Below are positions 1 through 10,118 of a DNA stretch of 64,000 nucleotides, piece after piece; the first letter of the stretch is position 1, and each line of letters opens with the position of its first letter. Below the pieces are notes generated by a model. The model was given only the letters and a program-made list of their open reading frames with translations. It was not told the DNA's origin and made no database searches. The position numbers and the translations under genes were made by a program. Source of the stretch: a virus; the IMG/VR virus record IMGVR_UViG_3300042887_004758, positions 45,982 through 109,981 of that record; one strand, 5' to 3'.

Positions 1-1740
1 GAATCCTAGTTTGTCTCTCTGTTCAATGTGATTTGAAAAAGCTCTGATTTCGGAAAATCCTTCCAACAAACCGGCAAAAGCAAGTGCGGGAAGAGGTATA
101 TCCAGTTTAGGGGCCAACAATCTCAAAAGTGTTAATAACTCGTCAACTATACTTCTACACCTTTTGTAGTCACGAATCAAATTTACTAAAACAAAAGCAA
201 TAGAAAGTAATTTAGTGATGATTACTATATATGAATTCTTAACTGATTTACTTATTTCTTTATTTAAGGAAGTAATGAGTTTGTAAATTTGTTTTTTTAT
301 TATTATAACTAAAACTTCTTTGAATTTTGCTTGAATTTCAGCAATCAAAGTGATCATGATATTTCTCATGTTGTCCAAGAAACTTTGGAAATCTTCTACT
401 AAATCGACAAAATTTTGTTTTAATGCTTTGAACATTATAAAAATCGGCAACAAAACTTTAGGACTAATCAAAGACATAACAATAGTTTTGGGGAGTTGCC
501 TCAGTACTTCTAAGTTTAGAACCGCATTAAAGTCAATTGTAGGAAGATTTTGTGACCACTCGGGGTTTTGTGCGGTTTCTTTAATATATTCTAAGAGTTC
601 TTCTTGCAGTTGTTCATCAGTTTTATTTGAAGGGTTTTCCCAAATATTTGAAATATTAGTAATAATTTGATTGTAATCGACAGGTAATTTAACAGTATCA
701 CAACCCTCGAATTCAGAGACTCGATTCATTACGTTATTGACCTCATTTTCTACATCTCTCAACTCAAATTCGGATAATTCAAAAAAAGAATCATCGATTT
801 CCTCCAAAACAGAAATTTTAGAAGTTCCACCCACCTCAATTTCTTGAGTATTGTCAAAACATAGTCCAAGTATTCTCTGTATTATTTTCAATGAAACCGA
901 AACATCCTCCAATTTTTTTTGACCAACATTCAATGACATATCAAGACATCCTGTAAGTAAGTTCATGATATTTTTGGCTATGTCCGTAAATTCAAAAATT
1001 TGGACACTTTGATAATAATCAACTAAAAAGTCAGAAACGGTAGTAGGTGAGTTGAGTTTAGGTTGAAGTGTTATTTCATAAAAATCACCAAAATTACCAG
1101 TGTTAAGATCTTGAGTAACATATTTTATATCAAAAAGATCTTGACCTGAATTTCCTTTATAAAATTGACCATATTGTTCCGAATAACTTTGACTACTTAA
1201 AGTTCGATTATATAATTCTCTATTCATCGAAAATGGATTATTTTGAATAGAAAGAGGATCTTTTTCGTACAAAATTTTAGTTTGATTATCGTCGGGTGAA
1301 TATTTTAAATAATCTAACAGGTCAATAGATTCGAGTTTTATGTATATTTTTTCGTTTGGAACATACTGTTGTTCTTGGTCACACCCTAAAGCTTTGATGG
1401 TAGAATCGGTAAGAAGTGTGGGGAGTTGATTTTTGACTTCTCTTGCCGCGTCCAACATGGCTTTCAATAAAATATCCAAAGTTTCACTTCCCGTCTCTGG
1501 ATTTCTTACCAATTCTAATAGCTGATCGTATTGGTTTTTTACCTTAGAAGAATTAAACTTTTGTGTTGCATTCTCTTTAGCGGAATTCAGTGTTTCAGAA
1601 AAAAACTTATTACTGGCACTTTCAGCGTCACCAAGTCTTGTTTCTATTGAACTTATTTGTTTGAGTATTTTTTTACTGGTCTGACCACTTTTGATCTTAC
1701 TCTTAATCTGATCGAAGTCACCGCTTAAATCAAGTGCCAT
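1..1740 (-). CDS. Large hypothetical protein, probably structural; runs off the window edge (not in ORF track)
   Basis: ATG at 1740-1738 overlaps the upstream stop (TAATG). Reads MALDLSGDFDQIKSKIKSGQ..., and the same frame is open at the edge (...HIEQRDKLGF at position 1). Confidence 0.75.
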   Translation of the reverse strand, partial: MALDLSGDFDQIKSKIKSGQTSKKILKQISSIETRLGDAESASNKFFSETLNSAKENATQKFNSSKVKNQYDQLLELVRNPETGSETLDILLKAMLDAAREVKNQLPTLLTDSTIKALGCDQEQQYVPNEKIYIKLESIDLLDYLKYSPDDNQTKILYEKDPLSIQNNPFSMNRELYNRTLSSQSYSEQYGQFYKGNSGQDLFDIKYVTQDLNTGNFGDFYEITLQPKLNSPTTVSDFLVDYYQSVQIFEFTDIAKNIMNLLTGCLDMSLNVGQKKLEDVSVSLKIIQRILGLCFDNTQEIEVGGTSKISVLEEIDDSFFELSEFELRDVENEVNNVMNRVSEFEGCDTVKLPVDYNQIITNISNIWENPSNKTDEQLQEELLEYIKETAQNPEWSQNLPTIDFNAVLNLEVLRQLPKTIVMSLISPKVLLPIFIMFKALKQNFVDLVEDFQSFLDNMRNIMITLIAEIQAKFKEVLVIIIKKQIYKLITSLNKEISKSVKNSYIVIITKLLSIAFVLVNLIRDYKRCRSIVDELLTLLRLLAPKLDIPLPALAFAGLLEGFSEIRAFSNHIEQRDKLGF

Positions 1741-2111
1741 TACTTAAGATGATATTTACCATCATCAAGTTTGTCAATGTCTTTTCCGATTAAATTTTGA
1801 AGAACATCATCATCAATTTCACTTAAACTGAAATTTTCTTCACTTTGGTTGTTAGATTTTTCCCAAATCTGAGATTGAAGTTTTGACAAACTTAATTTTT
1901 TCTCGATGGTGTCATTTATTATTTTTTGTTGTTCTTTAATAATTGGACCTAACACAGTCAAATCTTCAGGATCTTTCATCATTGAAGCCATCTTGTTCTG
2001 AAGTCTAACTGCAGTATTTCTTTGTTCAACCAACTCGTTGTAAATTTCTTGCATCAATCCCAAGATTGAATCTTTGGATAATTTGATTTCTTTTCTGCGT
2101 GGTTTTGTCAT
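1740..2111 (-). CDS. Hypothetical coiled-coil protein
   Basis: 123-aa ORF, co-directional and tightly packed with neighbours; helical Q/E/K/L pattern. Confidence 0.75.
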   Translation of the reverse strand: MTKPRRKEIKLSKDSILGLMQEIYNELVEQRNTAVRLQNKMASMMKDPEDLTVLGPIIKEQQKIINDTIEKKLSLSKLQSQIWEKSNNQSEENFSLSEIDDDVLQNLIGKDIDKLDDGKYHLK

Positions 2112-2119
2112 ATCTATAA

Positions 2120-2863
2120 TTATTCAGAATTCAATTTATTTAAGAATTCATAATACAGATGACGGTACTTTTTGATTGAACTCCTGACTTCTTTTGTGGA
2201 CATGTTTGTCATTTCTCTTATTGAAAGAAGTATGACGTTTTTATTGAATTTGTTGTTGTCGTTACCCAAGAAAACTCTCTCATAGTTTTTCAATAATTCA
2301 ACAAGAGCATATCCCAACTTTATTTCATTTGTATTGAGATCAGATTTTTCAATAAAATCTTCAAGTTTTTCAACATACATATCAATGACTTCGGTCGTTT
2401 CTACATTTTCATATTCTAAATAATAAATCAAGTCAGGTCTATTCTCTAAATTACTTGAAATATCCTCATATGAAATTCTTCTATTCTGATCTTTTTGGTC
2501 TTTTATGATCTGACCCATCAAATAGTTTTTACATATGGTTCCGAAATAAGAATATGCTTTTTTGTTTTTTTCAGGTTGAAATTTATCAACTTTGGTCAAT
2601 AAAAAAGAATGCGTATCACTATGGATGTCATTAAAATCCATATCTTTTCTGTATAACTTATATCGTCTTATGATTGATGAAATCATCTTATCCAATGGTG
2701 CGTGGAGAAACTCATCGTAGATTTTGTTTTTTTCACCCCACGTTTCGGCCTGAAGGAACATACGAACTGCATGTTCCTCCCTCTCGGCGAAATAATTTTT
2801 TTCTTTGGGTTTACGTCCCTTCTTAACTTTTTCAGTTTCCGTTACTGCTGACGTTGGATTCAT
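2120..2863 (-). CDS. Phage RNA polymerase sigma factor (T4 gp55-like late sigma)
   Basis: Sigma region-2-like segment LLTKVDKFQPEKNKKAYSYFGTICKNYL; N-terminal KNYF motif as in gp55-like proteins. Confidence 0.75.
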   Translation of the reverse strand: MNPTSAVTETEKVKKGRKPKEKNYFAEREEHAVRMFLQAETWGEKNKIYDEFLHAPLDKMISSIIRRYKLYRKDMDFNDIHSDTHSFLLTKVDKFQPEKNKKAYSYFGTICKNYLMGQIIKDQKDQNRRISYEDISSNLENRPDLIYYLEYENVETTEVIDMYVEKLEDFIEKSDLNTNEIKLGYALVELLKNYERVFLGNDNNKFNKNVILLSIREMTNMSTKEVRSSIKKYRHLYYEFLNKLNSE

Positions 2864-3671
2864 CCACTAATTCAGGTTCGTATTTTATTTCCCTATCCTG
2901 AATGAAGAAGTATTCCTTTTTGGCAACTTCTAACCAAAACTTAGCTTCATCAGGACTTAAAGGACTTTCACCGAACTTATAATTCCAAAAAATGGATCCT
3001 AACCTCATATTCGTATGTTTGTAACCAATCTTAGGGATGGTTCTTATAATTGCGGAATTATATGTCATTCTCATTAAGAATTCATACACAAATGTTAACT
3101 TCATCGACTCTTTAAATCCTCCATAATCCAAGAATGTTTCTTTTCTAATAACCATCCCACTACTTTGGAAGTTCTGAAAACGAGCGAGTAACTCGTTTGT
3201 AACTATACCGTAATCCAAATTAAAGTTTGCGGCAAAGGTTGCTTCGTTGGTGAAACCAGCAAATTGGTTTTTGTCATCGACATCAACAACTACAGGCAAA
3301 AATGCTTGAGAGTCAGGATATGCTTCTTTATAGATTTCTACATTTTTGAACCAAATTGCGGAATATTCATCATCGAATTCACAAAAAGAAACCCACTCGT
3401 TAGTTGCTTTTGACACACCATAGTTTATTTGTGCTTGAAATGATGGTTCACCTTCATAAGTCTCGATTTTGACTATATTTTGTAAGTCTCCGAAATCATA
3501 ATCTGTCAAAAATAACTGAAGTGATTCTTCGGCGGTGGGGACGATTATGAATTCTGTTGGTAATACCTTTTGTTTTTGTATTGATTCAACAAGTTTTGAA
3601 AAAAAATCCGAAAAGTCTTTTGTTTTGGATGACTTGATCGGTAATATTATTGTAGTATTTGATGTACTCAT
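2832..3671 (-). CDS. GT2-like (GT-A fold) glycosyltransferase
   Basis: N-terminal TIILP, INYGVSKATNEWVSFCEFDDEY (DD motif), GGFKESM. Confidence 0.75.
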   Translation of the reverse strand: MSTSNTTIILPIKSSKTKDFSDFFSKLVESIQKQKVLPTEFIIVPTAEESLQLFLTDYDFGDLQNIVKIETYEGEPSFQAQINYGVSKATNEWVSFCEFDDEYSAIWFKNVEIYKEAYPDSQAFLPVVVDVDDKNQFAGFTNEATFAANFNLDYGIVTNELLARFQNFQSSGMVIRKETFLDYGGFKESMKLTFVYEFLMRMTYNSAIIRTIPKIGYKHTNMRLGSIFWNYKFGESPLSPDEAKFWLEVAKKEYFFIQDREIKYEPELVDESNVSSNGN

Positions 3672-4732
3672 AGTTCAGCTTCTACTGGTTTAAGTTTATC
3701 TAATTGTTGTTCCAATGATTCAACTCGATTAGAAACATATTCTTGAAATAATTTATTCGAAAGAGTTACGAACTCTTCATGATTCTGATATTTTTTGGCA
3801 GTGTCCAAACCTTCTTGTATTAAAGTTTCCGACACATTATCTTCTAACCAATTTTTAATATATTCTGCCAAGATATCAACCAAATCAAAATTATTTGTTG
3901 TCCAAATACCATTCTTCTCATTAATCCATTCAGGTTCGATATAGGGAATTCTTCCAATGACTGGTGTACCCACAGACATTGACTCCAACGGATATGTTCC
4001 AAAAGATGATTTTTCATCTATCCAAACAGAAACACATGCGTCTCGGAGTGGTTCATAAAATTGATCTTGATTCATAGATCTCATATCACGGAATGTAAAC
4101 CAACGGTATTGAGGATATTTCTGATAGAAAATTTTAATCAAATTCAAAGAGTCTCTCTGTTCTCTTGAGTGAATCGCAATAATTGGTTTTGCTGGTTTAT
4201 CTTTTTCGGTTGCGTATTTTGATAGAGGAACGGGTAAAACATCAACAGACACACTTCTGAAAATATCTCTTACCTTTTCAGCTAAAATTTCTGAAGTGGT
4301 CAAACACTTGTACACTCCAAATCCATTCCAACTTTGACCTGGTTTGAGAGTCTCGAATACATGATCATATGCTTGTGTGAGAATAATTTTACCACATGGA
4401 AGATTTTGAACCTGTTCGATGATATATCCCAATAACTCAGGAATAATCAAAAAATCCTCAACCCCAACCTGTAAATTCTGACCATTTACATAATTTTCTT
4501 CGAGATCCTCGTATCCTTCACCCAACCATGTTTTGTGTGATGTATATCCTTTTTCTTCAAACAAAATGATTGCATTTTTTCCATTTTGTTTCAAAGCATT
4601 CGCCAAATCATAAATGTATTTTATTGATGCTTTGGGATTTCCTTTTGTATCTTGCACAAAAAAATAAAACTTATTAGTTCCGTTCTTAAGTGCTAAAATA
4701 GTTTTCTCTATTTTTACTATATTATCTGTCAT
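3668..4732 (-). CDS. GT-B fold (GT4-like) glycosyltransferase
   Basis: C-terminal SSFGTYPLESMSVGTPVIG resembles the GT4 E-x-F-G-x3-E-A-M-x2-G-x-P-V motif. Confidence 0.7.
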   Translation of the reverse strand: MTDNIVKIEKTILALKNGTNKFYFFVQDTKGNPKASIKYIYDLANALKQNGKNAIILFEEKGYTSHKTWLGEGYEDLEENYVNGQNLQVGVEDFLIIPELLGYIIEQVQNLPCGKIILTQAYDHVFETLKPGQSWNGFGVYKCLTTSEILAEKVRDIFRSVSVDVLPVPLSKYATEKDKPAKPIIAIHSREQRDSLNLIKIFYQKYPQYRWFTFRDMRSMNQDQFYEPLRDACVSVWIDEKSSFGTYPLESMSVGTPVIGRIPYIEPEWINEKNGIWTTNNFDLVDILAEYIKNWLEDNVSETLIQEGLDTAKKYQNHEEFVTLSNKLFQEYVSNRVESLEQQLDKLKPVEAEL

Positions 4733-5030
4733 CGTCTTCTGTTTTTTTCAATATATTATCTTTAACTAAGGTATTAAATGCTAATTTAAAATCTATAGGA
4801 ACATCACTTCCTCTCATCCCCATATTTTCATCGATATCTTCTTTCTCTGTTAATAAAACTTCAATCAAAAATTTGTAAACTTCGTAACTTACAACATTTA
4901 TTGAAATTTTTTCATCAACATCGGCTCCATCTTCTTCTGTAATGACTTGTGTTGGTTTTGCGTCAATACGAAGTTTCGCATCTAGATGATTTAAATCTAA
5001 ATACCATTCATCTCCAAAAATTTTAAACAT
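4722..5030 (-). CDS. Hypothetical protein
   Basis: 102-aa ORF overlapping both neighbours in the operon. Confidence 0.7.
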   Translation of the reverse strand: MFKIFGDEWYLDLNHLDAKLRIDAKPTQVITEEDGADVDEKISINVVSYEVYKFLIEVLLTEKEDIDENMGMRGSDVPIDFKLAFNTLVKDNILKKTEDDDR

Positions 5031-5631
5031 TAATTATATTATTTTTATAAAAATTTATAAATTCTTCTAAAGAGTAAATCCTTTTACCGTATTCATAAGA
5101 TGAGTTTTGTTCGTTACTAAATAAAACTACATTCGGAATCCAGTTTTTATAATCGTTTATTAGTGAGGTGTTACAAGTTACCAACACATCGACATCTTTC
5201 AAAATACGATCAATAGTTTTATCATTGTAGAATAATATCTCCTCAATTTCACATCCAAATTTAGACAGAAAAAATAAAGTGGAGGGTTTAGATCTACCGA
5301 TTTCATCTGAAACAATAATTATTTGATTGTCATCTCGTAGTTCTTTATAGATTTGGTTCAGAACTTGAAATGTATTCATTTCTGTTGATGGGGCATGACC
5401 AAAAATAGTCATTGGGTTTTCTATATAAATAAATTCATACAGTTCATCGTCAGATTGAAACTTGAAATGATCTTTAATAATTTCAGTGTTGATGGGTCGT
5501 ACTATTTCGTATTGGAATTGTTCTTCCTCTTCACCAACCTCTAACTCATCTATCAAATATTTCTCATATGTAGATTCCAATTTTTTAATGGTGTCCCGAA
5601 GAACACCATTTACTTCGAAAGCGATCCTCAT
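5023..5631 (-). CDS. HAD-fold 5'(3')-nucleotidase-like protein with degenerate motif I
   Basis: Starts MRIAFEVNGVLRD where the canonical form is DxDGVL; length and layout match phage NT5C-like proteins. Confidence 0.5.
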   Translation of the reverse strand: MRIAFEVNGVLRDTIKKLESTYEKYLIDELEVGEEEEQFQYEIVRPINTEIIKDHFKFQSDDELYEFIYIENPMTIFGHAPSTEMNTFQVLNQIYKELRDDNQIIIVSDEIGRSKPSTLFFLSKFGCEIEEILFYNDKTIDRILKDVDVLVTCNTSLINDYKNWIPNVVLFSNEQNSSYEYGKRIYSLEEFINFYKNNIINV

Positions 5632-6380
5632 TCTTCGTATTTATCTAATATTTTATTGATCAGGGGATTACGAATAATGTCTTTATTGTCAAAACTAAAT
5701 ACACCAATATCTTCAACATTTTGGAATTTGACCAAAGCGTCGTATAATCCCGAATGAGTTTTATCCTTGTATCTATCAGTCTGTTCTAAGTCGCCCGAGA
5801 TAAAAAATTTACTATTGAATCCAATACGAGTAAGAAGAAGTTTCATTTGTTTTGGAGTGGCATTTTGACCTTCTTCAAATATTAGAATTGAGTTGTCAAT
5901 ATTCATACCCCTCATGTACGCCAAGGCAAAGACCTCAATTACCTCTACTTCTTTCAATTTTTCTCTAGCTTCTTTACCAATGATCTTATTCATTAAGTAA
6001 TAACTCGGAAAGATGTAGGGATCAAGTTTTTCTTCTACATTACCAGGTAATGATCCTAATTTTTCTTCAGCTTCAACGGCTGGTCTTACTATTATAATTT
6101 TCTCATAACCATTTTCAGGGTCACAAAGTAAATCAATAGCCGCTCTCATAGCAACAAAAGATTTCCCAACACCAGCCGGACCTGAACAAATCGTGATCTG
6201 ATTGTTACAAAGAATATCATAATAATCTTTTTGTGAATCAGTCAAAAACTTTTTTCTTGGTCTTTTAGTGACTATAGAATTTATTAATTCTTTCTTGTTT
6301 ACATAAACCTCTCTTGGTTTAGTATCTTCTTTTTTTCTTTGTGTTCTTGTTTTTTTATACTCCTGTTGACCCGAATCCAT
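5628..6380 (-). CDS. phoH: PhoH-family ATPase
   Basis: GPAGVGKS Walker A, IIIVRPAVE, LGSLPG, YMRGM, EEGQN, LLTRIG, SGDLEQTD. Confidence 0.95.
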   Translation of the reverse strand: MDSGQQEYKKTRTQRKKEDTKPREVYVNKKELINSIVTKRPRKKFLTDSQKDYYDILCNNQITICSGPAGVGKSFVAMRAAIDLLCDPENGYEKIIIVRPAVEAEEKLGSLPGNVEEKLDPYIFPSYYLMNKIIGKEAREKLKEVEVIEVFALAYMRGMNIDNSILIFEEGQNATPKQMKLLLTRIGFNSKFFISGDLEQTDRYKDKTHSGLYDALVKFQNVEDIGVFSFDNKDIIRNPLINKILDKYEE

Positions 6381-6924
6381 TCGCGTTTCTATCTTTATCG
6401 TTTATTTCGTTGACTTTGGTAAGATTAACTGAATCACCATTTAACACAGGTGCCATTACCGCTTGAGCAACTTTCATTCCTTTGTGTATTGTAATGTCCA
6501 TCGTACTGTTATTCATTAATATAACCTTTATTTCACCATTGTAACCAGAATCGACAGTTCCTGGAGAATTTAAGACGGAAATACCTTTATTAAGGGCAAG
6601 ACCACTTTTGGATCTTACTTGAATTTCATATCCATAAGGAATATCGAAATATAGTCCTGTTGGGACAATAGACCATGATTTAGCCGATATGGTCACTTCA
6701 ACATTTGATAGTAGATCAAAACCTGAATCACTTCCATAATTGTAAAAAGGGTCAGGGTTGTCTGATTTATTTACAAAAGACAAAGCGATTTTAGGTTTAT
6801 AATCTTTTATCTGTTGTTCCAACAAAGACATGGTTTCTTGCATTTTTGACTGATCGGCTGACATATCCATCAATTCTTTTAGTGCCGACATTGTACTTGT
6901 AAAATTTTTAATCTCTTTAATCAT
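6355..6924 (-). CDS. dut: dUTPase (trimeric type)
   Basis: SGFDL, RSKSGLA, NSPGTVDSGYNGEI, AQAV, RNANGFGSTG motifs. Confidence 0.95.
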   Translation of the reverse strand: MIKEIKNFTSTMSALKELMDMSADQSKMQETMSLLEQQIKDYKPKIALSFVNKSDNPDPFYNYGSDSGFDLLSNVEVTISAKSWSIVPTGLYFDIPYGYEIQVRSKSGLALNKGISVLNSPGTVDSGYNGEIKVILMNNSTMDITIHKGMKVAQAVMAPVLNGDSVNLTKVNEINDKDRNANGFGSTGV

Positions 6925-7625
6925 TTTAAATCAAATATTTTTTTAATTATGTGAGCAAGTGCCACTGTATCTTTTTCACAATACTCACCAATCGTTTCAA
7001 GATTTTTGGTTTTGTAATAATATTCATTAAGATTTTCACCTGTTACTTCACTGTCTTTGGGAGATTCAATTCCCATACTTACACACAAGAGATCCAAAGA
7101 ACCAATTGAATAAGGATTATTATAATTCCACAAATCTTTAGTATCAATTGCTTTTACTTCCCAAGGCTTTGTATTGTAAATTGGAAATATTTTTGGTGGT
7201 TTCATGTCGTTGATTACGAATCTTTTACCGAGTGTTGGGATATCAAAAAGTTTGATATTATGACCACACATGTAAAAATCCAATCTTTCAATACGATTAA
7301 AAAGATTTCTAATTTCAGTCAGAAGTTCAACCTCGTTGTGGTTAGTAAAGGTTGTTCTATGAAGTTCTTTTTTAGTATCATAAAAACAAAAAGAGGCCGC
7401 AACAACTCTTGAAAATTCAGGAACAAGGGCTGCACGTTTGAAGTAGGTTTCTTCGGGTGAAATATCGCCATCTTCAGGGTACCTTCGTTTGAAGAAATCA
7501 ATATAATCCAAAAAAACTTTATGTAACTTTGGTTTTTGTTTCTTTAACTCGGACAAAGTTTCAAATTCAGATACTGTTTCAATATCAAAAAACAGGATCT
7601 TGTCAAGTGGTTTATCTAATGTCAT
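6921..7625 (-). CDS. DEDD 3'-5' exonuclease (PolB exo-like stand-alone)
   Basis: LFFDIETV (ExoI), GHNIKLFDIP (ExoII), EYCEKDT (ExoIII). Confidence 0.85.
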   Translation of the reverse strand: MTLDKPLDKILFFDIETVSEFETLSELKKQKPKLHKVFLDYIDFFKRRYPEDGDISPEETYFKRAALVPEFSRVVAASFCFYDTKKELHRTTFTNHNEVELLTEIRNLFNRIERLDFYMCGHNIKLFDIPTLGKRFVINDMKPPKIFPIYNTKPWEVKAIDTKDLWNYNNPYSIGSLDLLCVSMGIESPKDSEVTGENLNEYYYKTKNLETIGEYCEKDTVALAHIIKKIFDLK

Positions 7626-8836
7626 AATGAATTATAGAAATTTCTTCTGTTTTCGGAAAGTACTTTCAAATGATATTTTTCATTTACAGTTTCATAGAGT
7701 TGCTCACCCAAATCTTCAACCCAACTCGGATTTTCGATCAGTTTTTTCATGAACTTACTCCAATCTTTGTGGTTCTTGTATTCATCAACCAAGAGTCCAT
7801 TTGCGCCTTTGACAAATTCACCGTTATTCAATCCGTGTTTAATGTCAATTGTATAAGGACCGATATTGGATGCGATAATTGCCTTCTTGTAGAACCCCGC
7901 TTCAATGACTTTGAGTTGTGACTTCATCCGATTGAACATCGTATTCTTAATCGGTGCAAGTGATACGTCAAATTTACTGTAGTTCTTGGCATATGAAGTG
8001 ACAGGTGCGGTCCAAACCCTTGTATAGAAAGGATCGGGTTCATCCATATAATCTTCCTGTTTCCATTTCATCAAAAATTCTTTTTGTTTTTCAGAAACAT
8101 ATTTGTAGTTTGATGTAAAAATCTTTTCATATTTAGCCCAAACAGTTTCTTCGGGAAGGATGGGTCTTTGTTTTTGTGTACCCGTTGCTTTATCAATCTC
8201 AGTCACTGTTCCACGAGTATCAAAACCACAAATGTACAGACGATATTTGTCTTTCAAGTCAGAAATTTTATCAAATGTGCCATCCAAAATCATAAGGTCG
8301 TGTAAGTGAGATGACCCACCCAACCATCCAAATCTGACTTTATCGGATGGGATTGTTTTCTCTTTGAATTGTGGTTCTTCTGGATCGATTCCGTTTGGAA
8401 TGACGTGAACATTCTTGTTAATAGTTTTTCTAATTTCATTAGCAAAAATATCAGTGGTGGTGGTCACCCACTCCGCTTCACGTAGATTATTAACAATTAT
8501 TTTATCAAACTTTCTTTCAACAACCATTGCGTGAGCAGGGTGTTCCATACCCGGCATCCAATAATCGTCAATATCACAGACAGTTTTAATACCCATCTGT
8601 TTGAGTTGTCCGATTACTTCTCTTGATTTTTCATAGTTTGTGTTAAGTGATCTATGAAATGATACAATATCATAATTTTTGAAGAAATTCAAATCGTCAA
8701 TACTGATATCGTACATAATATCAATATGGAATTCGTCGGGATATTGCTGTTGTAGATAAGTGTGTGGTTGAACAGAACGAAACTTACCAACACCTGTTCT
8801 GTCGCTCGGTAATACTAAAATTCGTTTTTTTGACAT
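7622..8836 (-). CDS. GT-B fold (GT4-like) glycosyltransferase
   Basis: DIDDYW, HVIPNGID, FGWLGG, DVSLAP, KSQLKVIEAG, IIASNIGPY. Confidence 0.8.
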   Translation of the reverse strand: MSKKRILVLPSDRTGVGKFRSVQPHTYLQQQYPDEFHIDIMYDISIDDLNFFKNYDIVSFHRSLNTNYEKSREVIGQLKQMGIKTVCDIDDYWMPGMEHPAHAMVVERKFDKIIVNNLREAEWVTTTTDIFANEIRKTINKNVHVIPNGIDPEEPQFKEKTIPSDKVRFGWLGGSSHLHDLMILDGTFDKISDLKDKYRLYICGFDTRGTVTEIDKATGTQKQRPILPEETVWAKYEKIFTSNYKYVSEKQKEFLMKWKQEDYMDEPDPFYTRVWTAPVTSYAKNYSKFDVSLAPIKNTMFNRMKSQLKVIEAGFYKKAIIASNIGPYTIDIKHGLNNGEFVKGANGLLVDEYKNHKDWSKFMKKLIENPSWVEDLGEQLYETVNEKYHLKVLSENRRNFYNSL

Positions 8837-8882
8837 ATTTTTTTATTGAAAGTATAATTAAAAACTCTCAATAAAAAAAGGG

Positions 8883-9455
8883 TTACTTAAGTTTTTTGAT
8901 ACTTGTAATCTTACCTTCAAAAATATGTTTACCTACCGAAAGCTTCATTGTTTCGTTAGTAACCTTGGATTCAGAGATCATTCCTTTTATATCACCAAAT
9001 TCTTCTTTGATAACATCTCTAACTGTATCTCTCACTAAATTTCTGATCATAGTCTTGAAACTTTCATCAATAATCGGACTTTGTGATGATTGTTTTTTGG
9101 GTTGAGTCCCTGATTGACTTTGAATTAATTTCGCAGCACCTTCAATAATTTCATCTGGTAATGTTGCACTGTATGAGTCAGGTTTTGCTATAGGATTTTC
9201 AATCATCAATCTTTTGATTTCATCAGGAAGATTCGAGCTCATAATTCTTTGTTCGTTGATCTCTGGCTCCGATACTTTGGGTTGCGCGGGAATGTTGTAT
9301 ATTGGTTCTTTATATTCTGACGGGATATTGATGTTTGGAGATTGTCTAACCTCACCACGACCCATATTGTCGTGTCTCTCCATTATTTTTTTGGAAACTG
9401 CCAATTTCTGCATCAGGGAATTCATATCGTTTGACATCTTAATTAAATTTTGCAT
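8883..9455 (-). CDS. Hypothetical protein
   Basis: 190-aa ORF in operon; the true start may be the downstream MSND. Confidence 0.7.
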   Translation of the reverse strand: MQNLIKMSNDMNSLMQKLAVSKKIMERHDNMGRGEVRQSPNINIPSEYKEPIYNIPAQPKVSEPEINEQRIMSSNLPDEIKRLMIENPIAKPDSYSATLPDEIIEGAAKLIQSQSGTQPKKQSSQSPIIDESFKTMIRNLVRDTVRDVIKEEFGDIKGMISESKVTNETMKLSVGKHIFEGKITSIKKLK

Positions 9456-9825
9456 TTTTAAATACTCTCGTCATAGATTTGTCACCGTTTGGGTTATAAC
9501 CTGGACGAGCCTCAGTAAATTTATCACCTGTTAGATTAAAAGAAAATGTTTTAGGTACAATAAATAAACGCCAACCTGGTAAGGGTTGTTTACCTATTGT
9601 AGATGTATGTGATGCACCCTCTCTTTCCCAAGCTCTCAACACCAAATTTCCTTTTTTTGATATTCCTAAACATACTGGTTCGAGTTCTCTCAATCCTTTA
9701 CCTCCCGGTTCATCACCATCATAGTTTATGACAATAATATTTTTATTGCGTATTGCGTCTATAAGGTCTTTTTGGGACGCGACCTCAAGAATAATTTGTT
9801 TTTTTAATATCTCTAATAACTTCAT
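9439..9825 (-). CDS. Stand-alone WYL-domain protein
   Basis: INYDG...RELEPVCLG...LVLRAW...WRLF fits the WYL Y..R-x-x-E-P..L-x-A..R-x-F pattern. Confidence 0.7.
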   Translation of the reverse strand: MKLLEILKKQIILEVASQKDLIDAIRNKNIIVINYDGDEPGGKGLRELEPVCLGISKKGNLVLRAWEREGASHTSTIGKQPLPGWRLFIVPKTFSFNLTGDKFTEARPGYNPNGDKSMTRVFKNAKFN

Positions 9826-10118
9826 TATTCAGGAATAGTATAACCTTTGTCCTTGTTATACTTATTGATCTTGATGTTATTTGTTCTTTCAGCAGTATCT
9901 AATGAAGTACCGGCTTGAACATTATAAACATCCAAGTAAAATCCAGTTCCTCTTCCGATATCATCACCATCAGCAAGAGCGTCAGGGTGAACGGATGAAT
10001 AACTCTGTGAACGAGGTGAGAAATCATTTCTTGGGAATAATATACCTCTTTGTTGTTCAGCGATTTTACTCAATTCATTTGCAGGTTGTGCAAAATCTAA
10101 TCTATCATTTGCTTCCAT
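9825..10118 (-). CDS. Hypothetical protein
   Basis: 97-aa ORF, translationally coupled to neighbours. Confidence 0.7.
   Translation of the reverse strand: MEANDRLDFAQPANELSKIAEQQRGILFPRNDFSPRSQSYSSVHPDALADGDDIGRGTGFYLDVYNVQAGTSLDTAERTNNIKINKYNKDKGYTIPE

Noticed and set aside
350-670. 106-aa plus-strand ORF
   Set aside because: Antisense to the long minus-strand CDS 1-1740, which the ORF track missed because it has no stop in the window
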